This document shows, piece after piece, positions 26,826 through 36,857 of a DNA stretch of 64,000 bases (positions are counted from its first letter, which is position 1; each line of letters begins with the position of its first letter). Position numbers and translations under genes: made by a program. Origin of the DNA: an uncultured Lachnospiraceae bacterium (lineage in GTDB: Bacteria > Bacillota > Clostridia > Lachnospirales > Lachnospiraceae); assembly GCA_910588895.1 (NCBI GenBank), contig CAJUSS010000003.1, forward strand, positions 1,050 through 65,049. The letters run 5' to 3'. The notes beneath the pieces were generated by a model. It made no database searches, was not told the DNA's origin, and was given only the letters and a program-made list of their open reading frames with translations.

Positions 26826-26919
26826 CGTTAACGCCTCCGTCTTTCTATCCAGATATAGGCTATCTTAGCAGATATTGTTAACAGATGTGCGACTTTTTTC
26901 TTACAGATCTCTGACATTT

Positions 26920-27654
26920 TTATAGAGCTTGTGTATATCGGCAGGACGGGAAACTCCCACAGCCTAAAAAGGGACCATATCTCCCATTTCTCCTTACCAG
27001 CTCTTTGCCGCATCTGGGACACTGACCGGCGCTCTTTCCGGAGCGCACAGAACCGACTGTTGCAGGAACTGCAGGTGGGGCCGCCGCACCTGCCTCTGCA
27101 GATACCTCTGCCATCTGCTTCCCCATCTCTGCATAGCACTTTTCGTTCATCATACAGTCGTTCAAAGCCCGATGGGCGCCTTCTGTGCTGATGTAAAAAT
27201 GCGCCGCCAGATCGGTAAGGCGATGACGGCGGAGCCGGGGCAGGCAGGCTCTGGCCATGGGCAGGGTGTCGATATAGTCATTGGGCAGAGCCTTTCCCAT
27301 CCCCGCACAAATGGCCTGGTACAGGAATTTCATATCGAAGCAGTGGATGTTATGGCCCACCAGCACCGCAGGACCGATAAAGGCCAGGAACTGCTCCATG
27401 GCTTTCTCCATTGTCGGCGCTCCTGCCACCATCTCGTCAGTGATCCCGTTGACCTTGGACGCTGCCCTGGGGATCGGTCGTCCCGGATCCACTAGTGTGG
27501 AAAACGTGCCGCACACCTCTCCCTTCTCCACCTTCACCGCCGATATCTCGATGATCTGGTCCTCCAGCGGGTTCAAGCCCGTGGTCTCTAAGTCAAATAC
27601 CACATGATCCGGCACATAGCCGGTCAACTGTCTTCCCCTTTTTTCCCTTGCCAT
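26920..27654 (-). CDS. DEDDh 3'-5' exonuclease (PolIII epsilon-like) with C-terminal topoisomerase-type C4 zinc ribbon
   Basis: FDLETTG, GHN..FD, HRALND; CPRCG...[15 protein letters not shown]. Confidence 0.88.
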   Translation of the reverse strand: MAREKRGRQLTGYVPDHVVFDLETTGLNPLEDQIIEISAVKVEKGEVCGTFSTLVDPGRPIPRAASKVNGITDEMVAGAPTMEKAMEQFLAFIGPAVLVGHNIHCFDMKFLYQAICAGMGKALPNDYIDTLPMARACLPRLRRHRLTDLAAHFYISTEGAHRALNDCMMNEKCYAEMGKQMAEVSAEAGAAAPPAVPATVGSVRSGKSAGQCPRCGKELVRRNGRYGPFLGCGSFPSCRYTQAL

Positions 27655-27807
27655 CTTTTCCTCCGTATCTCGTTCTATCTCTTTTCCCGATCCCGGTCTG
27701 TATCTCTCCCATGGATCCCATCGAGCCTTTCCCCATGCGTTACGGCTCACACCCACCTCCGTTCAGCCGCGATAACAGCCCTTTTCCCGCAGGATCAGGC
27801 TCCTCTC

Positions 27808-30099
27808 TCACAGCAGCGCCAGCTTTCCGTCCTGCACCTTAAGCCGACAGTTCCCTCCCTTTTTCAGCCTTCCAAAGAGCAGTAGCTCCACCAAAAGGGG
27901 CTTTACCTCCCCGGAGATCACCCGGTCGATCTCCCTTGCGCCGTACTCTTGGGTGATCCCGGCTTTACACACATACGCCTTTGCCTCCGGCGATACAGAA
28001 AACTCTACCTGCCGCCCGGCCAGCTTATCCGCCAGCTCCGAAAGCTTTTTCTCCGTGATCTTCAGAGCCATCTCCTCGTCCATGCTGTTAAAGAACACGA
28101 TCCGGCTCAGACGGTTGCGAAATTCCGGCTGAAAGGTCTTATCCACAGCCTCGGCCAATGCGCTCCTATCCGCCTTTCCGCTGCCGAATCCGATCCGGCT
28201 CTTCCCCACCTGTCTGGCCCCCGCATTGGAGGTCATGATCAGGATGATGTTGCGAAAGTCTGCCTGCCGTCCCTGGTTATCCGTCAGGGTCCCGTGGTCC
28301 ATCACCTGCAAAAGCACATTGAAGATATCCGGATGGGCCTTCTCGATCTCATCCAACAGCAGGACCCCATGGGGACTCCGGCGGACCTTCTCTGTCAGCA
28401 GGCCGCCCTCCTCATAGCCCACATAACCGGCCGGAGCTCCGATCAGCTTAGCCACCGCATGCTTTTCTGCGTACTCGCTCATGTCGAACCGGATAAAGGA
28501 GATCCCCAGCTCCGATGCCAGCACCTTGGCCAGCTCCGTCTTCCCTACGCCTGTAGCGCCCACGAACAGGAAGCTGGCGATCGGCTTGTCCTCATCGTTC
28601 AAGCCAGCCCTAGAAAACTTCACCGCGTTGCACACCTCTCCTATCGCCATGTCCTGGCCGAAGAGCTTAGCCTTCAGCTGTCCGTCCAAAAGAGCCAGCT
28701 TCTCCACATCCCCCTTTTCCACGGTCTGCAGCGGGATGCTGCAGGTCTGGGAGAGCACCTTCTCGATCAGCCTCTTATCCACCCTCTGGCTCTTCTGTTT
28801 TAAGGGGTGGAGATGACGGTACGCCCCCGCCTCATCGATCAGATCGATGGCCTTATCCGGCAAAAAGCGCTCATTGACAAACCGGCTGCTCAGATCCACC
28901 GCGTACTCCAAGACCCCCTGTTTGTAGGTCACCTGGTGGAAGCGCTCATAGCCCGGCTGCAGGCCCTTTAGGATCTTCACCGCCTCCTCCTTTGAGGGTT
29001 CCTTGATATCTACGTTCCCGAATCGGCGCACCAGGCTTTTACTGCCGGAAAAATGCTTTTTATACTCTTCATAGGTGGTGGCACCGATAAAACGGATATG
29101 CCCGGCCGCCAGATAAGGCTTTAGGAGATTTGCCGCATCCAGGCTGCCGCCGTTCACAGCCCCTGCCCCCACGATATTGTGGATCTCATCCATATATAGG
29201 ATCGGTTTTTCCTCCTTGGAAAGTCCGTCCATGATCTTTTTGAATCTTTTCTCAAAGTCGCCGCGGTACTGGGTACCGGCCAGGAGCCCGCCCAGATCCA
29301 GCGCGTAGATCCTGGCTCCTAAAAGGGGCTGCGGCGCGCGCTCCTCCACGATCCGTCTGGCCAGCCCGTAGGCCAGAGCGGTTTTCCCTACCCCCGGCTC
29401 CCCGATGTGGAGCACGTTGTTCTTATCCTTCCGGCACAGGATCTGGATCGTCCTCTCCAGCTCCTCCTCCCGGCCGATCAGCGGGTTCTGGCTCATACAG
29501 GTGGCGTTCATGTCCTCCAGATAGCTTTTCCAGCGTTTCCCTCTGGTCTGGCTGTCCGCCCCGTCCTGCTGCCCTTCCCTATCCTCAAGTCCTTCCTCGT
29601 CCTCCAGTCCTTCCCCGTCCTCCAGTCCTTCTCCGTCCGCATGGACATCATCCGGACCGTCCGGTCTTTCCCTGGCGATGCTGGCTCGTGACAGCTCTCC
29701 TAAAAGCTCCACCGTATCCACGCCCTGGACTGCCAGATAATATACGCCAAAGCTGTCCTCCAGTTCCAAAAGCGCGGCCAGGAGATGGTTCACATCTACC
29801 TGGGACCGGCTGCTGACCTGCGCCTGCCCTTCGGCCATGCGCAGCACCCGCTCCGTGTCCGCCGTCAGTCTGGCTCCCGGCCCTTCGCCCACGTCCCCGG
29901 CCTGCTCCTTGATAAAGCGGAGGAGATCCGCCCGAAGCTTCTCGACATCTCCTCCGCCCTCTTCATATCCCTCTGCAAAATCCTCGTCATAGGTCAATCC
30001 ATATAGCATATGCTCCGGCATAAAATAGCGGTGCCTCTCCTTTCTCGCCAGCCCCACTGCCCTCTCCATCACCTTCTGCATGCTCCTGCTGAACTCCAT
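27808..30099 (-). CDS. clpA: ATP-dependent Clp protease ATPase, ClpA-type (no long middle domain seen)
   Basis: GEPGVGKT, DEIH, GATGVGKT, DMSEY, DEIEKAH, IGF ClpP-binding loop, GAR. Confidence 0.9.
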   Translation of the reverse strand: MEFSRSMQKVMERAVGLARKERHRYFMPEHMLYGLTYDEDFAEGYEEGGGDVEKLRADLLRFIKEQAGDVGEGPGARLTADTERVLRMAEGQAQVSSRSQVDVNHLLAALLELEDSFGVYYLAVQGVDTVELLGELSRASIARERPDGPDDVHADGEGLEDGEGLEDEEGLEDREGQQDGADSQTRGKRWKSYLEDMNATCMSQNPLIGREEELERTIQILCRKDKNNVLHIGEPGVGKTALAYGLARRIVEERAPQPLLGARIYALDLGGLLAGTQYRGDFEKRFKKIMDGLSKEEKPILYMDEIHNIVGAGAVNGGSLDAANLLKPYLAAGHIRFIGATTYEEYKKHFSGSKSLVRRFGNVDIKEPSKEEAVKILKGLQPGYERFHQVTYKQGVLEYAVDLSSRFVNERFLPDKAIDLIDEAGAYRHLHPLKQKSQRVDKRLIEKVLSQTCSIPLQTVEKGDVEKLALLDGQLKAKLFGQDMAIGEVCNAVKFSRAGLNDEDKPIASFLFVGATGVGKTELAKVLASELGISFIRFDMSEYAEKHAVAKLIGAPAGYVGYEEGGLLTEKVRRSPHGVLLLDEIEKAHPDIFNVLLQVMDHGTLTDNQGRQADFRNIILIMTSNAGARQVGKSRIGFGSGKADRSALAEAVDKTFQPEFRNRLSRIVFFNSMDEEMALKITEKKLSELADKLAGRQVEFSVSPEAKAYVCKAGITQEYGAREIDRVISGEVKPLLVELLLFGRLKKGGNCRLKVQDGKLALL
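29563..29634 (-). repeat. 4 x 18-bp intragenic repeat (xEGLED) in the ClpA linker
   Basis: GTCCTCCAGTCCTTCxCC-like units at 29563, 29581, 29599, 29617. Confidence 0.85.
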
Positions 30100-30383
30100 A
30101 TCGATCCCTCCGCGGAGGCTTGCTCATCGCCTCTGCTCTTTTTTGTATCTCAACATCCGGCCATGGCCTCTGCCTGATGCACTTCCCCGGTCATGGAAAT
30201 GACCTCCTTGTGATCTTGTGTCACGCTCTCATTTTATCACAACAGGCCATACAGCGCAACCGCTCACTTTATGTATACCAACTGTAGAATGCATTGACAT
30301 CGCCCCCATTTCTCTATACAATGATAACAGCATCTGACGATACTTAATCTGCACGATGTATCTTACAAATGGAGGGATGTCCT

Positions 30384-30986
30384 ATGTATATCACCTGTTT
30401 AGATCTAGAAGGCGTGTTAGTCCCCGAGATCTGGATCGCTTTTGCCGAGGCCAGCCATATCCCGGAATTAAAGCGGACCACCCGGGATGAGCCGGATTAT
30501 GAGAAACTGATGAACTGGAGGATCGGCATCTTAAAGGAGCATCACTTAGGCTTAAAGGAGATCCAGGAGACCATCGCCACCATCGATCCCCTTCCCGGGG
30601 CCAAAGCATTCTTAGATGAGTTGCGCTCCATCACCCAGACGATCATCATCAGCGACACGTTCACCCAGTTCGCTACCCCGCTGATGAAAAAGCTGGGCTG
30701 GCCCACGATCTTCTGTAATTCCCTGGAGGTGGCGCCGGACGGCGAGATCACCGGCTTTAAGATGCGGATCGAAAACTCCAAGCTGACCACCGTAAAGGCG
30801 CTCCAGTCCATCGGTTACGACACCATCGCCAGCGGGGACAGCTACAACGATCTGGGGATGATCTTGGCCAGCAAGGCCGGCTTTTTGTTCCGCAGCACCG
30901 AACAGATCAAAGCCGATCATCCAGATCTCCCTGCTTTTGAGTCCTATGATGCGCTCTTGGACGCGATCAAAAAAGCCATGGTATAA
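30384..30986 (+). CDS. thrH: Phosphoserine phosphatase / homoserine phosphotransferase (HAD)
   Basis: CLDLEGVLVPEIW, TTRDEPDY, SDTF, GDSYND. Confidence 0.93.
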   Translation: MYITCLDLEGVLVPEIWIAFAEASHIPELKRTTRDEPDYEKLMNWRIGILKEHHLGLKEIQETIATIDPLPGAKAFLDELRSITQTIIISDTFTQFATPLMKKLGWPTIFCNSLEVAPDGEITGFKMRIENSKLTTVKALQSIGYDTIASGDSYNDLGMILASKAGFLFRSTEQIKADHPDLPAFESYDALLDAIKKAMV

Positions 30987-31080
30987 GAGCGGCAAAAATA
31001 CATATAGGAGCGCAAAAGAGCCGGGGCTATCCTGGAGCTCCTGCCTACAGGCAGGGCTCCGATAGTCCCGGCATGATGCT

Positions 31081-31380
31081 CTACTGGCACACCGCTTCCA
31101 CCTTCAGCGGATACCCTTCTTCCCTGGCCCACTGGACAGCCTCCGCAGCCTTGGTCTGGGCGATATCCTTTGTATACACGCCAGCCACCGCGTAGCTCCC
31201 CTTGTGGATGCTCAGCATCAGCGCCACCGCGCTCTCCTCGTCCTTATCGAAGATCTGCATCAGCACCTCCACCACAAGATCCATGGGCGTATGGTCGTCA
31301 TTATAGATCAGGACCTGATACTGTCTGGGTACCTTGATCTTCTCCCGTGTCTGTTCCCTTATACTCTCCTTGACCGCCAT
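31081..31380 (-). CDS. clpS: Clp protease adaptor (N-degron recognin)
   Basis: YQVLIYNDDHTPMDLV, MLSIHKG, DIAQTK, GYPL. Confidence 0.93.
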   Translation of the reverse strand: MAVKESIREQTREKIKVPRQYQVLIYNDDHTPMDLVVEVLMQIFDKDEESAVALMLSIHKGSYAVAGVYTKDIAQTKAAEAVQWAREEGYPLKVEAVCQ

Positions 31381-31480
31381 GACCGTTCCCCTTCTTTCTC
31401 TCTCGTGACTGTTCTCTCTCATGACTGTCCTGCTGGTCCGGACCAGCCCCTCTTACAACTCCTCGCCCTGTCTTTACCGG

Positions 31481-33175
31481 TCAGTTCTGGGTCCGCATCT
31501 CCAGCCCTCTCCATTTGAAATCCGGGATCACATCGTACCAGTGGTCGATCCCGATCAGCTCTTTGGCGAACTGGGTCACCTCCAGGGTCTTGGATCCTTT
31601 ATCGATATAGCGGTACACATCATAGCTCTTCTTCATCCGGGTGGCACTGATCCGGTCCATCCGGTCCATATTGCACTCATACAGGCCGAAGCTGGCGGAA
31701 AGCTTTGCCTCCGAGGGCGCGTCCACCTGGCGGCTCATGATAAAGGCGTCGATATAAGGGTTGCTGTCAGCGATATAGTAAGCATAGGCGATCGCCGCCG
31801 CCTGCAGCTCCTCGCATTTTCCCCTGGTGGCGCTGGTGGAGGTATAGCCCTGCTCCGAGAGGATCACATGGCGCACCTGCCCTGCGGCGTTCAAAAGCTC
31901 CGGCTTCTGGAGAAAGTCCGTCAGCACCGAGAGGTTCGCGATGTTCACGATCGGCGAATCCTCGGACTGGGTCACCAGCCCTGTGGCATGATCGTCCCAG
32001 AACTCCGGCTCCGTCAGCGGCACCGAATAGGGATGATAGGCCAGGTTCCAGTCGATCTGGCCCCCTGCCCGCACATTGGCATTGAACCTCTCGATAAAAT
32101 CCTTCGCGTTGTACTTGGTCGTACCGTTGGCATTGTAATTCCAATGATAGTCGGTGGAAAAATAGACCCGGTCATTGGCGCTGGTGCTCCTGATCGCTGT
32201 ATAGAACACCCGGAAGGCCCGCTCATACTCCCTCACATACTGCTCCAGATCCATGGGGCCGATATAGTTCCACTCGTCCTGGTTGTTCAGCTCATTGCCG
32301 ATGATCCAGTTGGAGATCTTGCCGTTGGCCGTCCCGTTATAATGCTCCGCTAAAAAGGAGGCGATCGCCTTGATATCCTCAAACCCGGCCTGTGTGGAGG
32401 CATTGAACATATAATACGCCGCTCCTGCCGTCTGCTGGGTGCCTGGATGGTAAAGGTCCGGCGTGGCATCGTTCCAGCTGTTCAAGATCACCGCCGTCAC
32501 CAGAAGGTCTTTGGCGGACATGCTCCGTATCACCTTGTCGTACTCATCCATCAAGGTCTTGTTAAAATGATAGGTCTTCCCTTCATACACATAATCGATC
32601 CCTTCCCCTAAGATCGCCTGGAAGGGGATGTTCACGATCACATGCTTTACCCCAAGCGTAAAGGCATCATCCAGCATGGAGGTCTCGATCAAAAGCCCTT
32701 TCTTCGTCAAGGGCGTTTTAAACTCCTTCTGGTTTTTTGCCACTGCCTCCGGGTTCGTGATATAGGAGGGATGGCTGACCGCCACATACTTCTCCCCATC
32801 CCACACCGCCACCACAAACTTCGAATACAAGCGGCTGGCAGATGTGCCTAAGCCTAACGGGACCGTGAACGAGGCCGACGCCCCCTTAGGCGCTGTTGCT
32901 ATGTGATCCGTCCTGGCGCCGATGCCGTCCTCATAGGGCTGCAGCTCGAACAAGTAAAACTGTCCATCCGGCCCGGAGACCGCCCCGGCGTTCGCCGCCT
33001 CTATCCGCACATCGCTCCCGTCGATCCGGCAGGACGTGACCGTCACCTGCTCCGTCGGCACCTCAGCCCCATGGACTGTCCGTGCCCCTAAGTTCAATGC
33101 CATCAGAAGGACCGCCAGGACGATCCAAAAAAACGCGCCCAGCTTGGCCCTCCACTTTTTCATAAAACGCTCCAT
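31481..33175 (-). CDS. Secreted DUF5722-like putative glycoside hydrolase (TIM barrel)
   Basis: Signal peptide; KKGL, WIIGNE (acid/base-like), AYHPY, ILSEQG (nucleophile-like); start uncertain. Confidence 0.7.
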   Translation of the reverse strand: MERFMKKWRAKLGAFFWIVLAVLLMALNLGARTVHGAEVPTEQVTVTSCRIDGSDVRIEAANAGAVSGPDGQFYLFELQPYEDGIGARTDHIATAPKGASASFTVPLGLGTSASRLYSKFVVAVWDGEKYVAVSHPSYITNPEAVAKNQKEFKTPLTKKGLLIETSMLDDAFTLGVKHVIVNIPFQAILGEGIDYVYEGKTYHFNKTLMDEYDKVIRSMSAKDLLVTAVILNSWNDATPDLYHPGTQQTAGAAYYMFNASTQAGFEDIKAIASFLAEHYNGTANGKISNWIIGNELNNQDEWNYIGPMDLEQYVREYERAFRVFYTAIRSTSANDRVYFSTDYHWNYNANGTTKYNAKDFIERFNANVRAGGQIDWNLAYHPYSVPLTEPEFWDDHATGLVTQSEDSPIVNIANLSVLTDFLQKPELLNAAGQVRHVILSEQGYTSTSATRGKCEELQAAAIAYAYYIADSNPYIDAFIMSRQVDAPSEAKLSASFGLYECNMDRMDRISATRMKKSYDVYRYIDKGSKTLEVTQFAKELIGIDHWYDVIPDFKWRGLEMRTQN

Positions 33176-33351
33176 ACGTTCCTCCATTCCATGTGCATGC
33201 TTTCTCTTAGCGCTCTCTTAAAGAGTAGTATTCCCCTAAAAAACGGTTGGCTATCCATATTATAAGGATCCTGGAGAAAAAAGCAAGGGCCATTCCCCTT
33301 ACTTTGTCTTACGGTTTCCTTAACGGGCCGCCAAAATTTTTATTTTTATGA

Positions 33352-33380
33352 TTTACAAACCAGAACCTTTATGCTATACT
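33352..33380 (+). promoter_or_regulatory. tRNA promoter
   Basis: TTTACA-N17-TATACT with extended TG and AT-rich upstream element. Confidence 0.75.
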
Positions 33381-33390
33381 ATAGTCGTTC

Positions 33391-33463
33391 GGGGCATTAG
33401 CGCAGCTGGGAGCGCGCCACACTGGCAGTGTGGAGGCCGTGGGTTCGAATCCCATATGCTCCA
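33391..33463 (+). tRNA. tRNA-Ala (GGC), CCA not encoded
   Basis: Acceptor GGGGCAT/ATGCTCC with G3-U70; anticodon arm CCACA-CTGGCAG-TGTGG; T-loop GTTCGAATC. Confidence 0.96.
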
Positions 33464-33468
33464 GAGTG

Positions 33469-33498
33469 GACCCCTGTCTTGACAGGGGTTTTTCTTTT
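33469..33498 (+). terminator. Intrinsic terminator after the tRNA
   Basis: ACCCCTGTC-TT-GACAGGGGT followed by TTTTCTTTT. Confidence 0.8.
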
Positions 33499-33559
33499 AC
33501 CATCTAGCATTTATCCACTATCTTCGAGGCTATGAGTTTAAACAAAGGGGGACAAATCT

Positions 33560-36500
33560 ATGCCAAAACGAACCGATATCCACAAGATCCTCATCATCGG
33601 CTCCGGCCCGATCGTCATCGGCCAGGCTTGTGAGTTCGACTATTCCGGCACCCAGGCCTGTAAGGCATTAAAAAAGCTGGGCTATGAGATCGTTCTGGTC
33701 AATTCCAATCCGGCGACGATCATGACCGATCCGGAGACTGCCGATGTGACCTATATCGAACCTTTAAATACCGAGCGGTTAGAGCAGATCATCGCCAAGG
33801 AGCGCCCCGACGCTCTCCTGCCAAACCTTGGGGGCCAGTCCGGCCTAAACCTCTGCGCCGAGCTGGCAAAGGCCGGCATCCTGGACAAGTACCAGGTGAA
33901 GGTGATCGGCGTCCAGGTGGATGCCATCGAGCGGGGCGAGGACCGGATCGAGTTCAAGAACGCTATGAACGCCTTGGGGATCGAGATGGCCCGCAGCGAG
34001 GTGGCCTACAGTGTCGAAGAAGCCCTGAAGATCGCCGACGAGCTGGGCTATCCGGTGGTCCTCCGTCCCGCCTATACCATGGGCGGTGCAGGCGGCGGTC
34101 TGGTCTATAACCGGGAGGAGCTAAAGACGGTCTGTGCCAGAGGCCTTGCGGCCAGTCTGGTTGGACAGGTCCTGGTGGAGGAATCCATCCTGGGCTGGGA
34201 AGAACTGGAGCTGGAGGTGGTCCGGGACCAGGACGGGAACATGATCACAGTCTGCTTCATCGAGAACATCGACCCCTTAGGCGTCCACACCGGCGATTCC
34301 TTCTGTTCGGCTCCCATGCTGACCATCTCAAAGGAATGCCAGGCCCGCCTCCAGGAACAGGCCTACAAGATCGTCGAGTCCGTTCAGGTGATCGGCGGGA
34401 CTAATGTACAGTTTGCCCATGACCCGGTCAGCGACCGGATCGTAGTGATCGAGATCAACCCCCGCACCTCCCGCTCCTCCGCGCTGGCCTCCAAGGCCAC
34501 CGGATTCCCCATCGCCCTGGTCTCCGCCATGCTGGCCTGCGGCCTGACTTTAAAGGACATCCCCTGCGGGAAATACGGCACGCTGGATAAGTATGTCCCG
34601 GACGGCGACTATGTGGTCATCAAGTTCGCCCGCTGGGCCTTTGAAAAGTTCAAAGGGGTGGAGGACAAACTGGGGACCCAGATGCGGGCTGTAGGCGAGG
34701 TCATGAGCATCGGAAAGAATTTTAAGGAAGCCTTCCAGAAGGCGATCCGCAGCCTGGAGACCGGCCGCTACGGGCTGGGCCACGCCAAAAACTTTGACAC
34801 ACTGTCCAAGAAAAAGCTCTTAAAGCTGCTGATCGCCCCTTCCAGCGAACGCTATTTCCTCCTGTATGAAGCCCTGCGCAAGGGCGCTACCATCCAGGAG
34901 CTCTTCGCCCTTACCAAGGTAAAGACCTATTTCCTCCAGCAGATGAAGGAGCTGGTGGAAGAAGAGGAGGCGCTCTTAGCAGGCAAGGGCGCGCTGCCCT
35001 CCGATCAGCTGCTGATCCAGGCAAAAAAGGATGGGTTTTCGGATAAATATCTGAGCCAGCTCTTAGAGATCCCGGAAAAGGCGATCCGGGAACGCCGTCT
35101 GGCCTTGGGCGTAGAAGAGGCCTGGGAAGGCGTCCACGTAAGCGGGACCGAAAACAGCGCCTACTACTACTCCACCTACAACGCGCCGGATAAAAACCCG
35201 GTATCCGACCAGACAAAGAAGATCATGATCTTAGGCGGCGGCCCCAACCGGATCGGCCAGGGCATCGAATTTGACTACTGCTGCGTCCATGCGGCGCTGG
35301 CCCTGAAAAAGCTGGGCTTTGAGACCATCATCGTCAACTGCAACCCGGAGACCGTATCCACCGATTACGATACCTCCGATAAGCTGTATTTTGAGCCATT
35401 GACCCTGGAGGATGTCTTGAGCATCTACCAAAAGGAGAAGCCTTTGGGCGTGATCGCCCAGTTTGGCGGACAGACGCCTTTAAACCTGGCATCGGAGCTG
35501 GAGGAGAACGGCGTGAAGATCTTAGGCACCTCTCCTTCCGTCATCGACCTGGCGGAGGACCGGGACCTGTTCCGCGCCATGATGGAAAAGCTCAAGATCC
35601 CTATGCCGGAATCTGGCATGGCCACTACCGTGGAGGAAGCTTTGGCGATCGCCGACCAGATCGGCTATCCGGTCATGGTCCGTCCTTCCTATGTTCTGGG
35701 CGGCCGGGGCATGGAGGTGGTCTACGACCAGGAGAGCATGACCGGCTATATGCAGGCTGCCGTAGGCGTGACCCCGGACCGTCCGATCTTGATCGACCGG
35801 TTCTTGAGCCATGCCATGGAATGCGAGGCCGACGCCATCAGCGACGGCACACATGCCTTCGTGCCTGCAGTGATGGAGCATATCGAGCTGGCCGGAGTCC
35901 ACTCCGGTGATTCGGCCTGTATCATCCCCTCCGTCCACATCTCGGCAGAAAATGTGGAGATCATCAAGGAATACACCCGTAAGATCGCGGAGGAGATGCA
36001 TGTGCGGGGCCTGATGAACATGCAGTACGCCATCGAGAACGGCAAGGTCTACGTCCTGGAAGCCAACCCCAGGGCCTCCCGTACCGTTCCCCTGGTCTCC
36101 AAGGTCTGCAACATCCGCATGGTGCCTTTGGCCACGGAGATCATCACCTCTGAACTGACCGGCCGTCCCTCTCCGGTCCCCGGGCTAAAAGAGCATACGA
36201 TCCCCTATCACGGGGTCAAGGAGGCGGTCTTCCCCTTCAACATGTTCCAGGAGGTAGACCCGCTCTTGGGACCGGAGATGCGTTCCACCGGTGAGGTGCT
36301 GGGGCTGGCGCCCACCTACGGCGAGGCCTTCTTCAGATCCCAGGAAGCCACACAGTCCAAGCTCCCCTTAGAGGGGACCGTGCTGATCTCCGTGAACCGC
36401 AAGGATAAAGCGGAGGTGGTTGAGGTGGCTAAGCTCTTCCACGAGGACGGCTTTACGATCATCGCCACCGAGTCCACCTGCCAGCTGATCCGGGAGGCCG

Positions 36501-36784
36501 GCATTCCCGCCGACCGGGTCAATAAGCTCCAGGAGGGGAGACCCAATATCCTGGATATGATCACCAACGGGAAGATCCAGCTGATCGTCAACTCCCCCGT
36601 GGGAAAGGAGAGTATCTATGACGACAGCTACCTGCGGAAAGCCGCCATCAAGGCCAGGATCCCCTACATGACCACCATCGCCGCCGCAAAGGCCACCGCC
36701 AGCGGGATCCACTATGTGAAAAAGCATGGACAGGGCGATGTGAAGTCCCTGCAGGAGCTGCATGGGACGATAAAGGAAGTTTAA
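33560..36784 (+). CDS. carB: Carbamoyl-phosphate synthase large subunit
   Basis: MPKRTDI, GQACEFDYSG, two ATP-grasp halves (NPRTSRSS, NPRASRT), MGS domain; 1074 aa. Confidence 0.98.
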   Translation: MPKRTDIHKILIIGSGPIVIGQACEFDYSGTQACKALKKLGYEIVLVNSNPATIMTDPETADVTYIEPLNTERLEQIIAKERPDALLPNLGGQSGLNLCAELAKAGILDKYQVKVIGVQVDAIERGEDRIEFKNAMNALGIEMARSEVAYSVEEALKIADELGYPVVLRPAYTMGGAGGGLVYNREELKTVCARGLAASLVGQVLVEESILGWEELELEVVRDQDGNMITVCFIENIDPLGVHTGDSFCSAPMLTISKECQARLQEQAYKIVESVQVIGGTNVQFAHDPVSDRIVVIEINPRTSRSSALASKATGFPIALVSAMLACGLTLKDIPCGKYGTLDKYVPDGDYVVIKFARWAFEKFKGVEDKLGTQMRAVGEVMSIGKNFKEAFQKAIRSLETGRYGLGHAKNFDTLSKKKLLKLLIAPSSERYFLLYEALRKGATIQELFALTKVKTYFLQQMKELVEEEEALLAGKGALPSDQLLIQAKKDGFSDKYLSQLLEIPEKAIRERRLALGVEEAWEGVHVSGTENSAYYYSTYNAPDKNPVSDQTKKIMILGGGPNRIGQGIEFDYCCVHAALALKKLGFETIIVNCNPETVSTDYDTSDKLYFEPLTLEDVLSIYQKEKPLGVIAQFGGQTPLNLASELEENGVKILGTSPSVIDLAEDRDLFRAMMEKLKIPMPESGMATTVEEALAIADQIGYPVMVRPSYVLGGRGMEVVYDQESMTGYMQAAVGVTPDRPILIDRFLSHAMECEADAISDGTHAFVPAVMEHIELAGVHSGDSACIIPSVHISAENVEIIKEYTRKIAEEMHVRGLMNMQYAIENGKVYVLEANPRASRTVPLVSKVCNIRMVPLATEIITSELTGRPSPVPGLKEHTIPYHGVKEAVFPFNMFQEVDPLLGPEMRSTGEVLGLAPTYGEAFFRSQEATQSKLPLEGTVLISVNRKDKAEVVEVAKLFHEDGFTIIATESTCQLIREAGIPADRVNKLQEGRPNILDMITNGKIQLIVNSPVGKESIYDDSYLRKAAIKARIPYMTTIAAAKATASGIHYVKKHGQGDVKSLQELHGTIKEV

Positions 36785-36795
36785 AAAGCCAAAAG

Positions 36796-36841
36796 AAAAG
36801 CCGTCACGGGCAAGGTCTTCTTTGCGCGTGACGGCTTTTTT
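36796..36841. terminator. Bidirectional terminator
   Basis: AAAAGCCGTCACG...CGTGACGGCTTTTTT. Confidence 0.85.
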
Positions 36842-36857
36842 CAGGTCCTCTGCATCC

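Noticed and set aside
33391..33500. tRNA used as an integration site
   Set aside because: No duplicated tRNA 3' end noticed in the window, and the flanks are housekeeping genes.
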